Source: Vibrio vulnificus CMCP6 (GTDB taxonomy: Bacteria > Pseudomonadota > Gammaproteobacteria > Enterobacterales > Vibrionaceae). From it: 32,000 bases of DNA. The position numbers and the translations under genes are program-made. Positions 11,001 to 17,771 of the stretch are shown one piece after another. The notes under the pieces are model-generated. The model ran no database searches, was not told the origin of the DNA, and was given only the letters and a program-made list of their open reading frames with translations. Numbering within the stretch: the stretch's first letter is position 1; each line of letters opens with the position of its first letter. The stretch covers positions 3,046,104 to 3,078,103 of the forward strand of contig NC_004459.3 in the NCBI RefSeq assembly GCF_000039765.1. Reading direction: 5' to 3'.

Positions 11001-11156
11001 AGAGCACAAAAGCAAGCCTACTTAACCGCGAGGCTGTTAATGGTGAAAGGCATTTTGGAGCGCGAAGGAGACGTCATACATGTGATCGCAGGGAGGTTGA
11101 TTGATCTGACGGAGAAGCTGTCGGGTTTAAGCCCAAAATCTCGTGAGTTTCATTAA
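8082..11156 (+). CDS. dnaE2: Error-prone DNA polymerase DnaE2 (Pol III alpha paralogue)
   Basis: 1024 aa. It has an N-terminal PHP domain (YAELFCQSNFSFLTGASHPEEL), a Pol III alpha core (QIESRAQMSMLPRLKP, IVRPGPIQGDMVHPFLKRR, FGFPESHSASFA) and a C-terminal OB fold. It is shorter than replicative DnaE and follows imuA-imuB. Confidence 0.92.
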   Translation: MFYAELFCQSNFSFLTGASHPEELIVQANFLGYHSLAITDECSLAGIVRAHSAIKQHQLSVKQIVGSFFKLNTECQFVLLCPNREAYAELCRIITNARRRCEKGQYQLSQWDVMSLKHCLLIWLPTGQTSDEQWATWLSRYQQSRLWLGLQRHLRHDDEHYLHHCQTLANQFDLPITACGGVLMHRPERLPLQHTLTAIRHGCTVEQLGTQLLTNAEQSLRSEKKLRKLFKPQWLAESLYIASLCSFDLDSLRYEYPSELIPDGYTPDSYLEHLVEQGKKLRFPEGVPDAIEQTIQKELALIKEQKYPFFFLTIHDIVMFAKQQGILYQGRGSAANSVVCYCLQITSVDPRQIAVLFERFISKERDEPPDIDVDFEHERREEVIQYIYQKYGRQRAALAATVISYRFKSAVRQVGKALGIEETQLDFFLKNINRRDRQAGWQAQLVELGLQPDSLKGQHFIQLVEEIIGFPRHLSQHVGGFVISSGPLYELVPVENAAMPERTIIQWDKDDLESLKLLKVDVLSLGMLTAIRKCFLSIEQHHQQRLSIADITRRQDDQAVYKMIQKADTIGVFQIESRAQMSMLPRLKPACYYDLVIQIAIVRPGPIQGDMVHPFLKRRDGEEPISYPSVHVQEVLERTLGVPIFQEQVIKLAMVAAGFSGGEADQLRRAMAAWKKNGHVFKFKTKLINGMLERGYELDFAERIFEQICGFGEYGFPESHSASFAVLAYCSAWLKHYYPAEFYTALLNSQPMGFYSPSQLVQDAKRHGIAVLPICVNFSNAEHQLVRLTSGELAIRLGFNLIKGLSHEGITRLLTHRPAQGYQCISEVKQILRQAKDIQSLASANAFYQLADNRYLARWQVMDNLDELPLFQTLPSISNNPLPKPSDYQNVLEDYAATGLSLAEHPVAMLEKAGGLTRFTRANQLNQCSHRSLVTVIGLVTGKQSPGTAAGVTFFTLEDDTGNINVVVWQATSRAQKQAYLTARLLMVKGILEREGDVIHVIAGRLIDLTEKLSGLSPKSREFH

Positions 11157-11178
11157 GAAAAATGCCAACCAAAGGCAA

Positions 11179-11205
11179 TAAAAAAGGAGTGAATCTTCAC
11201 TCCTT
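11179..11205 (-). terminator. Terminator between convergent dnaE2 and cheV, strongest on the minus strand
   Basis: The minus strand reads AGGAGTGAA-ga-TTCACTCCT followed by TTTTTT, 15 nt after the cheV stop. On the plus strand the same hairpin is followed only by TGCGTTT. Confidence 0.75.
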
Positions 11206-11219
11206 GCGTTTAACCACCG

Positions 11220-12161
11220 TTAAATGATTTCTCTTAAGCGATCTTGGGTGACTTGCACCAGTAGGTCTGGCTGGAACTTCGAAATAAATCGGTCACACCC
11301 TACCTTTTGCACCATCGCTTCATTGAAACTGCCACTTAATGATGTATTGAGCGTAATAAACAACTTAGACATACGCGGATCACTGCGCACTTCGTGTGTG
11401 AGTTTATAACCATCCATTTCTGGCATTTCCGCATCGGTGATCATTAACAGCAACTCTTTATTTAAATCCTTACCCTCATCACACCAAGATTTGAGCAGAT
11501 TCAGGGCCTCAAGGCCATCGCGACATTCAATAATGTGAAGGCCAAGTTGAGATAAAGTATCGCGGATCTGATTACGTGCCGTAGACGAATCATCCACCAC
11601 TAACACTTTACGCCCCACCATTTCATTCGACAGCTTCGAATCCAAAATGCCTTCAGAAATCGTTACGTCGTAATCGATGATTTCTGCCAGAACTTTTTCA
11701 ACATCAATAATCTCGACGATTTTGCTCTCTTTCCCTTCTTTCACATGGGTGATCGCCGTTAAATAATTACTGCGCCCTGATGTTTTCGGTGGCGGCTGAA
11801 TTTCCGTCCAAGCGGTATTAATAATATTGCGCACTTGGCCAACCAAAAAGCCCTGAATGGTTCGGTTGTATTCGGTAATGATGAGGTTCTCTTCTTGCCC
11901 TTCTAATTTCGAGGCAGGAAAACCTATCGAGCGTCTAAGGTCAATAACAGGAACTGGTTCACCTCGCAAGGAAGCGACGCCTCGGATGTTTGCGTGAGCG
12001 CCAGGTAACTTGGTCAGCGGTGGCACTTTCAGCACCTCCCTCACCTTGAATACGTTGATCGCAAATAACTGACGGCTATTTAAACTAAACAGCAGAAGTT
12101 CCAGACGGTTTTCACCAACCAAATTGGTTCGCTGGTCTACAGTATTTAAAACTCCAGACAT
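11220..12161 (-). CDS. cheV: Chemotaxis coupling protein CheV (CheW domain fused to a receiver domain)
   Basis: 313 aa. The N-terminal CheW-like part reads ENRLELLLFSLNSRQLFAINVFKVREV. The C-terminal REC domain reads KVLVVDDSSTARNQI...LMITDAEMPEMDGYKL. Confidence 0.9.
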   Translation of the reverse strand: MSGVLNTVDQRTNLVGENRLELLLFSLNSRQLFAINVFKVREVLKVPPLTKLPGAHANIRGVASLRGEPVPVIDLRRSIGFPASKLEGQEENLIITEYNRTIQGFLVGQVRNIINTAWTEIQPPPKTSGRSNYLTAITHVKEGKESKIVEIIDVEKVLAEIIDYDVTISEGILDSKLSNEMVGRKVLVVDDSSTARNQIRDTLSQLGLHIIECRDGLEALNLLKSWCDEGKDLNKELLLMITDAEMPEMDGYKLTHEVRSDPRMSKLFITLNTSLSGSFNEAMVQKVGCDRFISKFQPDLLVQVTQDRLREII

Positions 12162-12300
12162 ACAACATCCTAATGGGTTAAAACTCTATTAAAAATAGCC
12201 TAAAAAACATAAGTCATGGCAAAAGTACATGAATGAAAAACAGAGATCAATTGATGAGGGGCAATTGAGATAGGCAGGTCACTGATTTCAAGGCCGAATA

Positions 12301-12330
12301 AAACAAAACCTGGAGAAGATCCAGGTTTGC
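12301..12330 (-). terminator. Rho-independent terminator downstream of mlc
   Basis: The minus strand reads AAACCTGGA-tcttc-TCCAGGTTT followed by TGTTTTATT, about 15 nt after the mlc stop. Confidence 0.7.
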
Positions 12331-12343
12331 CGCGAGTTGGGAT

Positions 12344-13561
12344 TTAACCTTCGACCACTTTCATTAATAGCAAGCCATCGTAAAGAGCCTGCTTAATCAA
12401 TGCAGCCCCTGGCATGGTTGCCTGTTTATAGAAACGCGATTCCACCAGTTCAAGATCTTGGTGATAAACAGGCAAGCTTTGCTCTTCAATGCAGCGTCGA
12501 ATAGCCGGATAGAGAACTTCCTTCGCTTGGTTGATTACACCGCCGATCAGCACTTTTTCTGGGTTAAATAAGTTGATGACAATCGCAATCGCCGAGCCAA
12601 GATAACGGCCGAGTTTCTCAATGACATCCACAGCTAATGCATCTCCATTCGCTGCGGCCTCACAAATGCTTTCAATCGTGACATCTTCCAGCTCTTCGAG
12701 AATGGACGACTCTCCATTAGCAATGCGTTCCATTACCTCTTCACGAATGGCTTTAGAACTTGCGACCGTTTCAAGGCACCCTCTGTTGCCACAGTGGCAA
12801 AGTTTGCCTTGTGGATCGATCTGGATATGGCCTAATTCGCCAATGTTCCCGTGACGGCCCTGCAATACCCGTCCATCAAGTATGATACCCGCACCTAAAC
12901 CATGGTGGATCGAAATAAGAACCGAGTTTTCGTTACCTTGAGAGTGACCAAATAGCTTTTCCGCCAAAGCCCAAGCTCGTGTGTCATTGGCGATGAAAAC
13001 CGGTAGCCCAGTCGCTTTGTAAATCTCTGGACCGAGAGCGAGGTTTTCAACATTGTAATGCGGCATTTGCAGCACAATGCCTTGTTCTGAATTGACTAAG
13101 CCAGGCAACGTAATCGCGATACTGGTTACACGATCCAGTTGATCGGCATAGGTTTGGAAAAATTCTTCGATTTCGTGTAGGAGTCGAGCAAGAACGTCAT
13201 CTTGATCCCTTTCGTGGATATCGATTTTTGTATCGATCAGGACTTCACCACCCAATTCATGGAGTGCAATGGTGAGATAACCTCGTCCAAGTCGCATCGA
13301 AAGAAATTGCCATCCAGCATTATTCACTTGAAGGCCGACCGCTGGTCTTCCTCGGCTAATCGCTTCTTGCACGGTAGTTTCGTGCACAAGATGTGCTTCT
13401 ATCAACTCACGGGTAATTTTCGTAATACTCGCCGGTGCCAGCTCGCTTTCTTTTGACAAATCGATTCGAGAGATTGGACCCTTAAGGTCAATTAGTTTGT
13501 ATACACGACCAGCATTGACCTGTTTGATATGATCAATATGGCCCGGTTGAGCCATGTACAT
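12344..13561 (-). CDS. mlc: ROK-family glucose/PTS repressor Mlc
   Basis: MYMAQPGHIDHIKQVNAGRVYKLIDLKGPISRIDLSKESELAPASITKITRELIEAHLVHE...RGRPAVGL matches my recollection of the E. coli Mlc N-terminus better than NagC. It has the ROK zinc motif CHCGNRGCLE. The track start (13651) adds 30 aa. The ATG at 13561 has GGAG 6 nt upstream and gives 405 aa. Confidence 0.82.
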   Translation of the reverse strand: MYMAQPGHIDHIKQVNAGRVYKLIDLKGPISRIDLSKESELAPASITKITRELIEAHLVHETTVQEAISRGRPAVGLQVNNAGWQFLSMRLGRGYLTIALHELGGEVLIDTKIDIHERDQDDVLARLLHEIEEFFQTYADQLDRVTSIAITLPGLVNSEQGIVLQMPHYNVENLALGPEIYKATGLPVFIANDTRAWALAEKLFGHSQGNENSVLISIHHGLGAGIILDGRVLQGRHGNIGELGHIQIDPQGKLCHCGNRGCLETVASSKAIREEVMERIANGESSILEELEDVTIESICEAAANGDALAVDVIEKLGRYLGSAIAIVINLFNPEKVLIGGVINQAKEVLYPAIRRCIEEQSLPVYHQDLELVESRFYKQATMPGAALIKQALYDGLLLMKVVEG

Positions 13562-13830
13562 CTTGCACTCCAACATTCTATAACGGAGCAATTTTTTTAC
13601 TTTGCGAAGTAATTGTGAAGTGAATTGATAAATCCCCGTGACCAGCATCACGTATAAACATGAATGTTTGTGTATCGAATCAAATATCCATCATTTAGTC
13701 GGCGACACATCGCATCACCTCAAACTTATTTTTCTTGAAAAAATTTCTGAATTTTGTGGAAAGTCAACAGCAAAGAGACCACGCTTCTCTGTATAACTAT
13801 CTATGACATACGTCTATCGCAGGAGAAGCT

Positions 13831-15279
13831 ATGACTCAGCCATTAAGAAGAACAAAAATCGTGACCACTTTAGGTCCTTCAACTGACAAAGATAATGTAC
13901 TAGAAGAAATTATTCGAGCCGGCGCGAATGTGGTCAGGATGAATTTTTCTCACGGCAGCGCAGAGGATCATAAAACTCGCGCAGAAAAAGTGCGCAATAT
14001 TGCCGCCAGACTTGGCAGACAAGTGGCTATTTTAGGTGATTTACAAGGCCCGAAGATCCGAGTATCAACCTTTAAAGAAGGGAAAATTTTCCTTTCAGTG
14101 GGTGACCTCTTCACTTTAGACAGTGACTTGCCCAAAGGCGAAGGCGATCAAAAATCAGTGGGATTAGACTATAAAGCACTGCCTCAGGATGTGGGACCAG
14201 AAGATATTCTGCTGCTTGATGATGGACGTGTACAACTGCAAGTGCTGACGGTCGATGGCAACAAGGTGAACACTCGTGTGATAGTGGGCGGACCGCTGTC
14301 AAACAATAAAGGTATCAATAAAAAAGGGGGCGGCCTCTCTGCTGACGCTCTAACGGAAAAAGACAAACAAGACATCTTGCTCGCCGCCGAGATCAAAGTC
14401 GATTATCTCGCGATCTCCTTTCCACGTAATGGTGCCGACATGGACTATGCTCGTCGCTTGGCCAGAGATGCCGGCTTGGAAGCCAAACTTGTTGCCAAAG
14501 TTGAACGAGCAGAAACCGTTCGAAACGATGAAAACATCGACGATATTATCATGGCTTCCGATGTCATTATGGTTGCTCGTGGCGATCTAGGGGTAGAAAT
14601 CGGCGATCCGGAATTGATCGGTGTACAGAAAAAACTCATCAAACGAGCCAAAGAACTCAATCGTGTCGTCATCACGGCAACACAAATGATGGAATCGATG
14701 ATTGAAAATCCAATGCCCACTCGAGCAGAAGTCATGGACGTAGCCAACGCGGTGCTGGATGGCACCGATGCCGTGATGCTTTCAGGGGAAACCGCCGCTG
14801 GTAAATACCCAGTCGAAACGGTGCGCTCTATGGCAGAAGTCTGCATTGGGGCAGAAAAAACGTGGGAACCGGGCAGCCAGAATTATCGCATCGATAAATC
14901 CTTTGTCACCGCCGAAGAAACCATTGCAATGTCGACAATCTACGCCGCAAATCATATGGAAGGCGTCAAAGCGATGGTGACGTTGACTGAATCGGGAAGA
15001 ACCGCATTAATGACGTCAAGATTGAACTCAACACTGCCCATTTTTGCGCTTTCGCCTAATGAGCGAACCCTTAATCGCTGCTCTCTCTATCGTGGCGTCA
15101 CTCCCGTATTTTTTGATACCAAAGTAGAAACTGGATTTGATGTCGCAATGGCCGCATTGAGCACGCTTAGAAAGAAAAAACTGCTCGATTTTGGGGATTT
15201 AGTGATCATCACACAGGGGGACATCATGGATGTTGAAGGCTCGACTAACTGCATGAGAATCCTGCCTGTTTTTGACTAA
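13831..15279 (+). CDS. pykA: Pyruvate kinase II (PykA type)
   Basis: 482 aa. The stretch [39 protein letters not shown]...[18 protein letters not shown] aligns closely along its length to my recollection of E. coli PykA. Confidence 0.93.
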   Translation: MTQPLRRTKIVTTLGPSTDKDNVLEEIIRAGANVVRMNFSHGSAEDHKTRAEKVRNIAARLGRQVAILGDLQGPKIRVSTFKEGKIFLSVGDLFTLDSDLPKGEGDQKSVGLDYKALPQDVGPEDILLLDDGRVQLQVLTVDGNKVNTRVIVGGPLSNNKGINKKGGGLSADALTEKDKQDILLAAEIKVDYLAISFPRNGADMDYARRLARDAGLEAKLVAKVERAETVRNDENIDDIIMASDVIMVARGDLGVEIGDPELIGVQKKLIKRAKELNRVVITATQMMESMIENPMPTRAEVMDVANAVLDGTDAVMLSGETAAGKYPVETVRSMAEVCIGAEKTWEPGSQNYRIDKSFVTAEETIAMSTIYAANHMEGVKAMVTLTESGRTALMTSRLNSTLPIFALSPNERTLNRCSLYRGVTPVFFDTKVETGFDVAMAALSTLRKKKLLDFGDLVIITQGDIMDVEGSTNCMRILPVFD

Positions 15280-15298
15280 CTCGCTTCATTAGTGATAG

Positions 15299-15324
15299 TG
15301 ACAACCGCCCTTCAGCGGTTGTCA
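15299..15324 (+). terminator. Hairpin terminator after pykA, overlapping the stop codon of the convergent patatin gene
   Basis: TGACAACCGC-ccttca-GCGGTTGTCA followed by TTTGTCTG, a weak U tract. The hairpin spans the patatin TGA at 15312-15314. Confidence 0.55.
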
Positions 15325-16490
15325 TTTGTCTGATTCAACCGTGACAGCATTCTTTGCTGTTTAACCAATTGATACTGTTTAATAAAGCGATAACCGGCCT
15401 GCACACCACAATCGTAATCAAACAGCAATTCGTCTCGGCCGCTGAGCAATGAACTGGATCTCAGTGGCGCATCCGGTGTAATTTGAATAATAAACGTATC
15501 GTCAGGTGGCTTAGCAAGAAAATCTCGGGTTAACGAATACGTTTGATAGTGCACCATCAGCATATCGGCTAATCCCGAATCAAAATTGTCACCAATCAGA
15601 TGGCTAAGGCGGTAGATGTTGTCTGCACCAAATAACCAACGCCCCCCGTTCAACAAGCGAAATTTGTGATCGGGAATCGCTTGAGAATCGGCAATTTGTT
15701 GTTGAAAGAACAAGCTCCAATCTTCACGCCAGCGGCTCACCCTATCCTGCCATTTCAACTGCACATTACCGAATGAATTACGAAACCAATCAGCTTCTCT
15801 CGGTTTCATCTCATTAAGATTAAGAGGCGCAGTATTCTCGGTTGCACTAAACGGTTCGGTTCGGATCACCACAATAGAACGGGCATTACGCCGCCACGGC
15901 TCCTGAACCGGAACGGACGCCGATACCCCACCGTCCACATACTCGTTGCCATTTATCATCACAGGCTTCGCATATAGCTTAGGAATGGCACACGTTGCCA
16001 GCATGGTGTCGTGCCATATCGGACCAAACATTGGCAAATAACGGTCAGTTAATGTCGATGTTTCCGTCACCGAAGCATACGCTTGTCGTTCACCCAATAT
16101 GGTTTCACCAAGATCAAGATCCAACTTATAGGGATAAGAGCGAATTTTATCCAATGCCCATTCTAAACCCAGATATTGCTTCTGCCGAATGTAACCAAAT
16201 AGGTTAAAAAACTCAGAATCCGTGGTGAGATCGAGTATGAAGGCTTTTCCTAATCCATGCTGACGACACAAGTAAGCACACAAATTTAAAGCGCCAGCAG
16301 AGGTACCATAGAACTCATGGAAAGGGTCAAAATCAGAGAGGATGAAAGCATCTAAAACGCCAGCAGTGAAAATACCTCTTTGGCCACCCCCTTGGGCAAC
16401 CAAAGATGTTTTTCCCTGTTGGTATTTGGCGTACCGCTCTATGTCAAGATTGGTGTAACTGTTCGTGACAATACCACTGTTTATTGCCAT
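15312..16490 (-). CDS. Patatin-like phospholipase family protein
   Basis: 392 aa. It has the oxyanion motif GGGQRG, the nucleophile elbow GTSAG (GxSxG) and the catalytic Asp motif YVDGGVS (DGG). These are the canonical patatin Ser-Asp dyad signatures. Confidence 0.85.
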   Translation of the reverse strand: MAINSGIVTNSYTNLDIERYAKYQQGKTSLVAQGGGQRGIFTAGVLDAFILSDFDPFHEFYGTSAGALNLCAYLCRQHGLGKAFILDLTTDSEFFNLFGYIRQKQYLGLEWALDKIRSYPYKLDLDLGETILGERQAYASVTETSTLTDRYLPMFGPIWHDTMLATCAIPKLYAKPVMINGNEYVDGGVSASVPVQEPWRRNARSIVVIRTEPFSATENTAPLNLNEMKPREADWFRNSFGNVQLKWQDRVSRWREDWSLFFQQQIADSQAIPDHKFRLLNGGRWLFGADNIYRLSHLIGDNFDSGLADMLMVHYQTYSLTRDFLAKPPDDTFIIQITPDAPLRSSSLLSGRDELLFDYDCGVQAGYRFIKQYQLVKQQRMLSRLNQTNDNR

Positions 16491-16505
16491 CGGCGTTACC
16501 TAAAT

Positions 16506-16598
16506 TTAAGCGGCAGTGATCGCAATAAAACCAAAAGAGAGTAGAACTGCAAAGACAGTTGCTGTGATGATTAGGGCTGCTTTTAGATCGTGTTCCAT
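16506..16598 (-). CDS. Hypothetical 30-aa single-TM peptide upstream of the patatin gene (speculative, not in the ORF track)
   Basis: GGAGG-tgttt-ATG opens MEHDLKAALIITATVFAVLLSFGFIAITAA, ending in TAA 15 nt before the patatin ATG. It has ideal SD spacing and one hydrophobic helix. I recognise no homologue. Confidence 0.35.
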   Translation of the reverse strand: MEHDLKAALIITATVFAVLLSFGFIAITAA

Positions 16599-16723
16599 AA
16601 ACACCTCCAACTTGTAACAAAGTAATAACAGTAGTATGAGGGATGTCTGGAAAATGTCTAAAGACGTCATACAAATTTGACGTTAGCATCACAAATAAAC
16701 AGTTGGCGAAAAAGGAATTTATC

Positions 16724-17317
16724 ATGTTGAAACATCTCTCCCTCCTCAGTTGCACACTCTTACTTATGTTTGCGCCACTGGCATCAGCCAACAAACTGAT
16801 TGTAACGCCTTTTGTTGGTTATACCTTTGGTGGTGCTGTTGAAGATGAAAATCAGGACACATTCGATCTCAATGCCGCGCCAAACTACGCCATCGCCATC
16901 GAAACCCCTTTGGATAAAGGACGAGTTGGTCTGTTCTACTCCTATCAAAGCTCGGAAGTGGATGTCATCAAACAAGATTATGGTTTCCACTATTTACACT
17001 TCCAAAGCAGCATCTACTATCCAACAGATTCTGGCTTAAGCGGTTATCTCGGTATGGGGCTCGGTGCATCTTATGCTGACGTAGATTGGGCAGATGACAA
17101 AGTTGGTTTCTCCACCAGTATCTTTGGTGGAATTGAATACCCGATTACCAGTAATTTATTGATTTCAGCTCAAATTCGTTGGCTAGGAACGGTGGTCGAC
17201 AATGACTCAAGCGCCGCTTGCGTTGTACCCACCACGGGGCAAAACTGTGTCATTCAATTTGAGACCGATTGGGTAAACCAATTTCAATCTAATTTAGGAT
17301 TAACCTTCAAGCTTTAA
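16724..17317 (+). CDS. Putative outer-membrane beta-barrel protein
   Basis: Signal peptide MLKHLSLLSCTLLLMFAPLASA|NK. The mature part shows an alternating aromatic/Gly beta-strand pattern (GLFYSYQS, GYLGMGLGASYA, FGGIEYPI) and a C-terminal LGLTFKL. The track start (16643) precedes the SD AAGGA, so I use the ATG at 16724. Confidence 0.65.
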   Translation: MLKHLSLLSCTLLLMFAPLASANKLIVTPFVGYTFGGAVEDENQDTFDLNAAPNYAIAIETPLDKGRVGLFYSYQSSEVDVIKQDYGFHYLHFQSSIYYPTDSGLSGYLGMGLGASYADVDWADDKVGFSTSIFGGIEYPITSNLLISAQIRWLGTVVDNDSSAACVVPTTGQNCVIQFETDWVNQFQSNLGLTFKL

Positions 17318-17343
17318 CATTAATACAACAAAAATATTCTAGT

Positions 17344-17370
17344 GGGCGTATGAAAATCAGTTATACGCCC
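17344..17370 (+). terminator. Possible terminator hairpin after the OMP gene
   Basis: GGGCGTAT-11 nt loop-ATACGCCC. The following tract TAAATGTTT is only weakly U-rich. Confidence 0.35.
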
Positions 17371-17771
17371 TAAATGTTTAAAAAAGTAACATCCCCCAGC
17401 AACAACCAACAAACCAACACATTCCACTAAAAAGACCACAAAACACCATTAATTAACTTTGCACACACACCTAAAAGCAAAATGAAAACCAAATATAAAT
17501 CCAAATTTAACAATTACATTCTATTGCTTAACGCAAAATAAATCGCTACTCTCCATCTCACGCGACAGTTGAATATTTCAACCAACGCAAACACACATCA
17601 AACAAATTGGAATTTAATTCTAAATTTTCTCTCTTGATTCGACACAAAAACTAACAATGACATTAACATTAGGTTAATTGCTCGAATACAGTATGAAAGA
17701 CCGTTTTTCATACATACTCGTCATTCAAAGAGAAAAGCTTCATTCCTCAGGGAGTCGTAAAGGAGTTAGTT

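Noticed and set aside
12162-12300. Sigma28 (FliA) or sigma54 promoter upstream of cheV
   Set aside because: I looked for TAAAG-N14/15-GCCGATAA and TGGCAC-N5-TTGC. Only a poor partial match (GCCATGAC) is present, which is not enough to call.
16661-16684. MetJ operator (AGACGTCA ... TGACGTTA)
   Set aside because: Only one box is a good match to AGACGTCT and the intervening 8-mer is unrelated. MetJ sites are tandem arrays. I kept it only as a generic inverted repeat.
16444-16794. 116-aa minus-strand ORF spanning the divergent promoter region
   Set aside because: It starts inside the OMP coding sequence on the opposite strand and crosses the promoter spacer. It runs out of frame into the patatin start, and there is no SD at its ATG. 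The 30-aa ORF with GGAGG in another frame is the better, though still speculative, reading.
17482-17541. 19-aa ORF MKTKYKSKFNNYILLLNAK inside the A/C-rich tract
   Set aside because: There is no Shine-Dalgarno because the region is almost devoid of G. The composition simply reflects the A-rich DNA.
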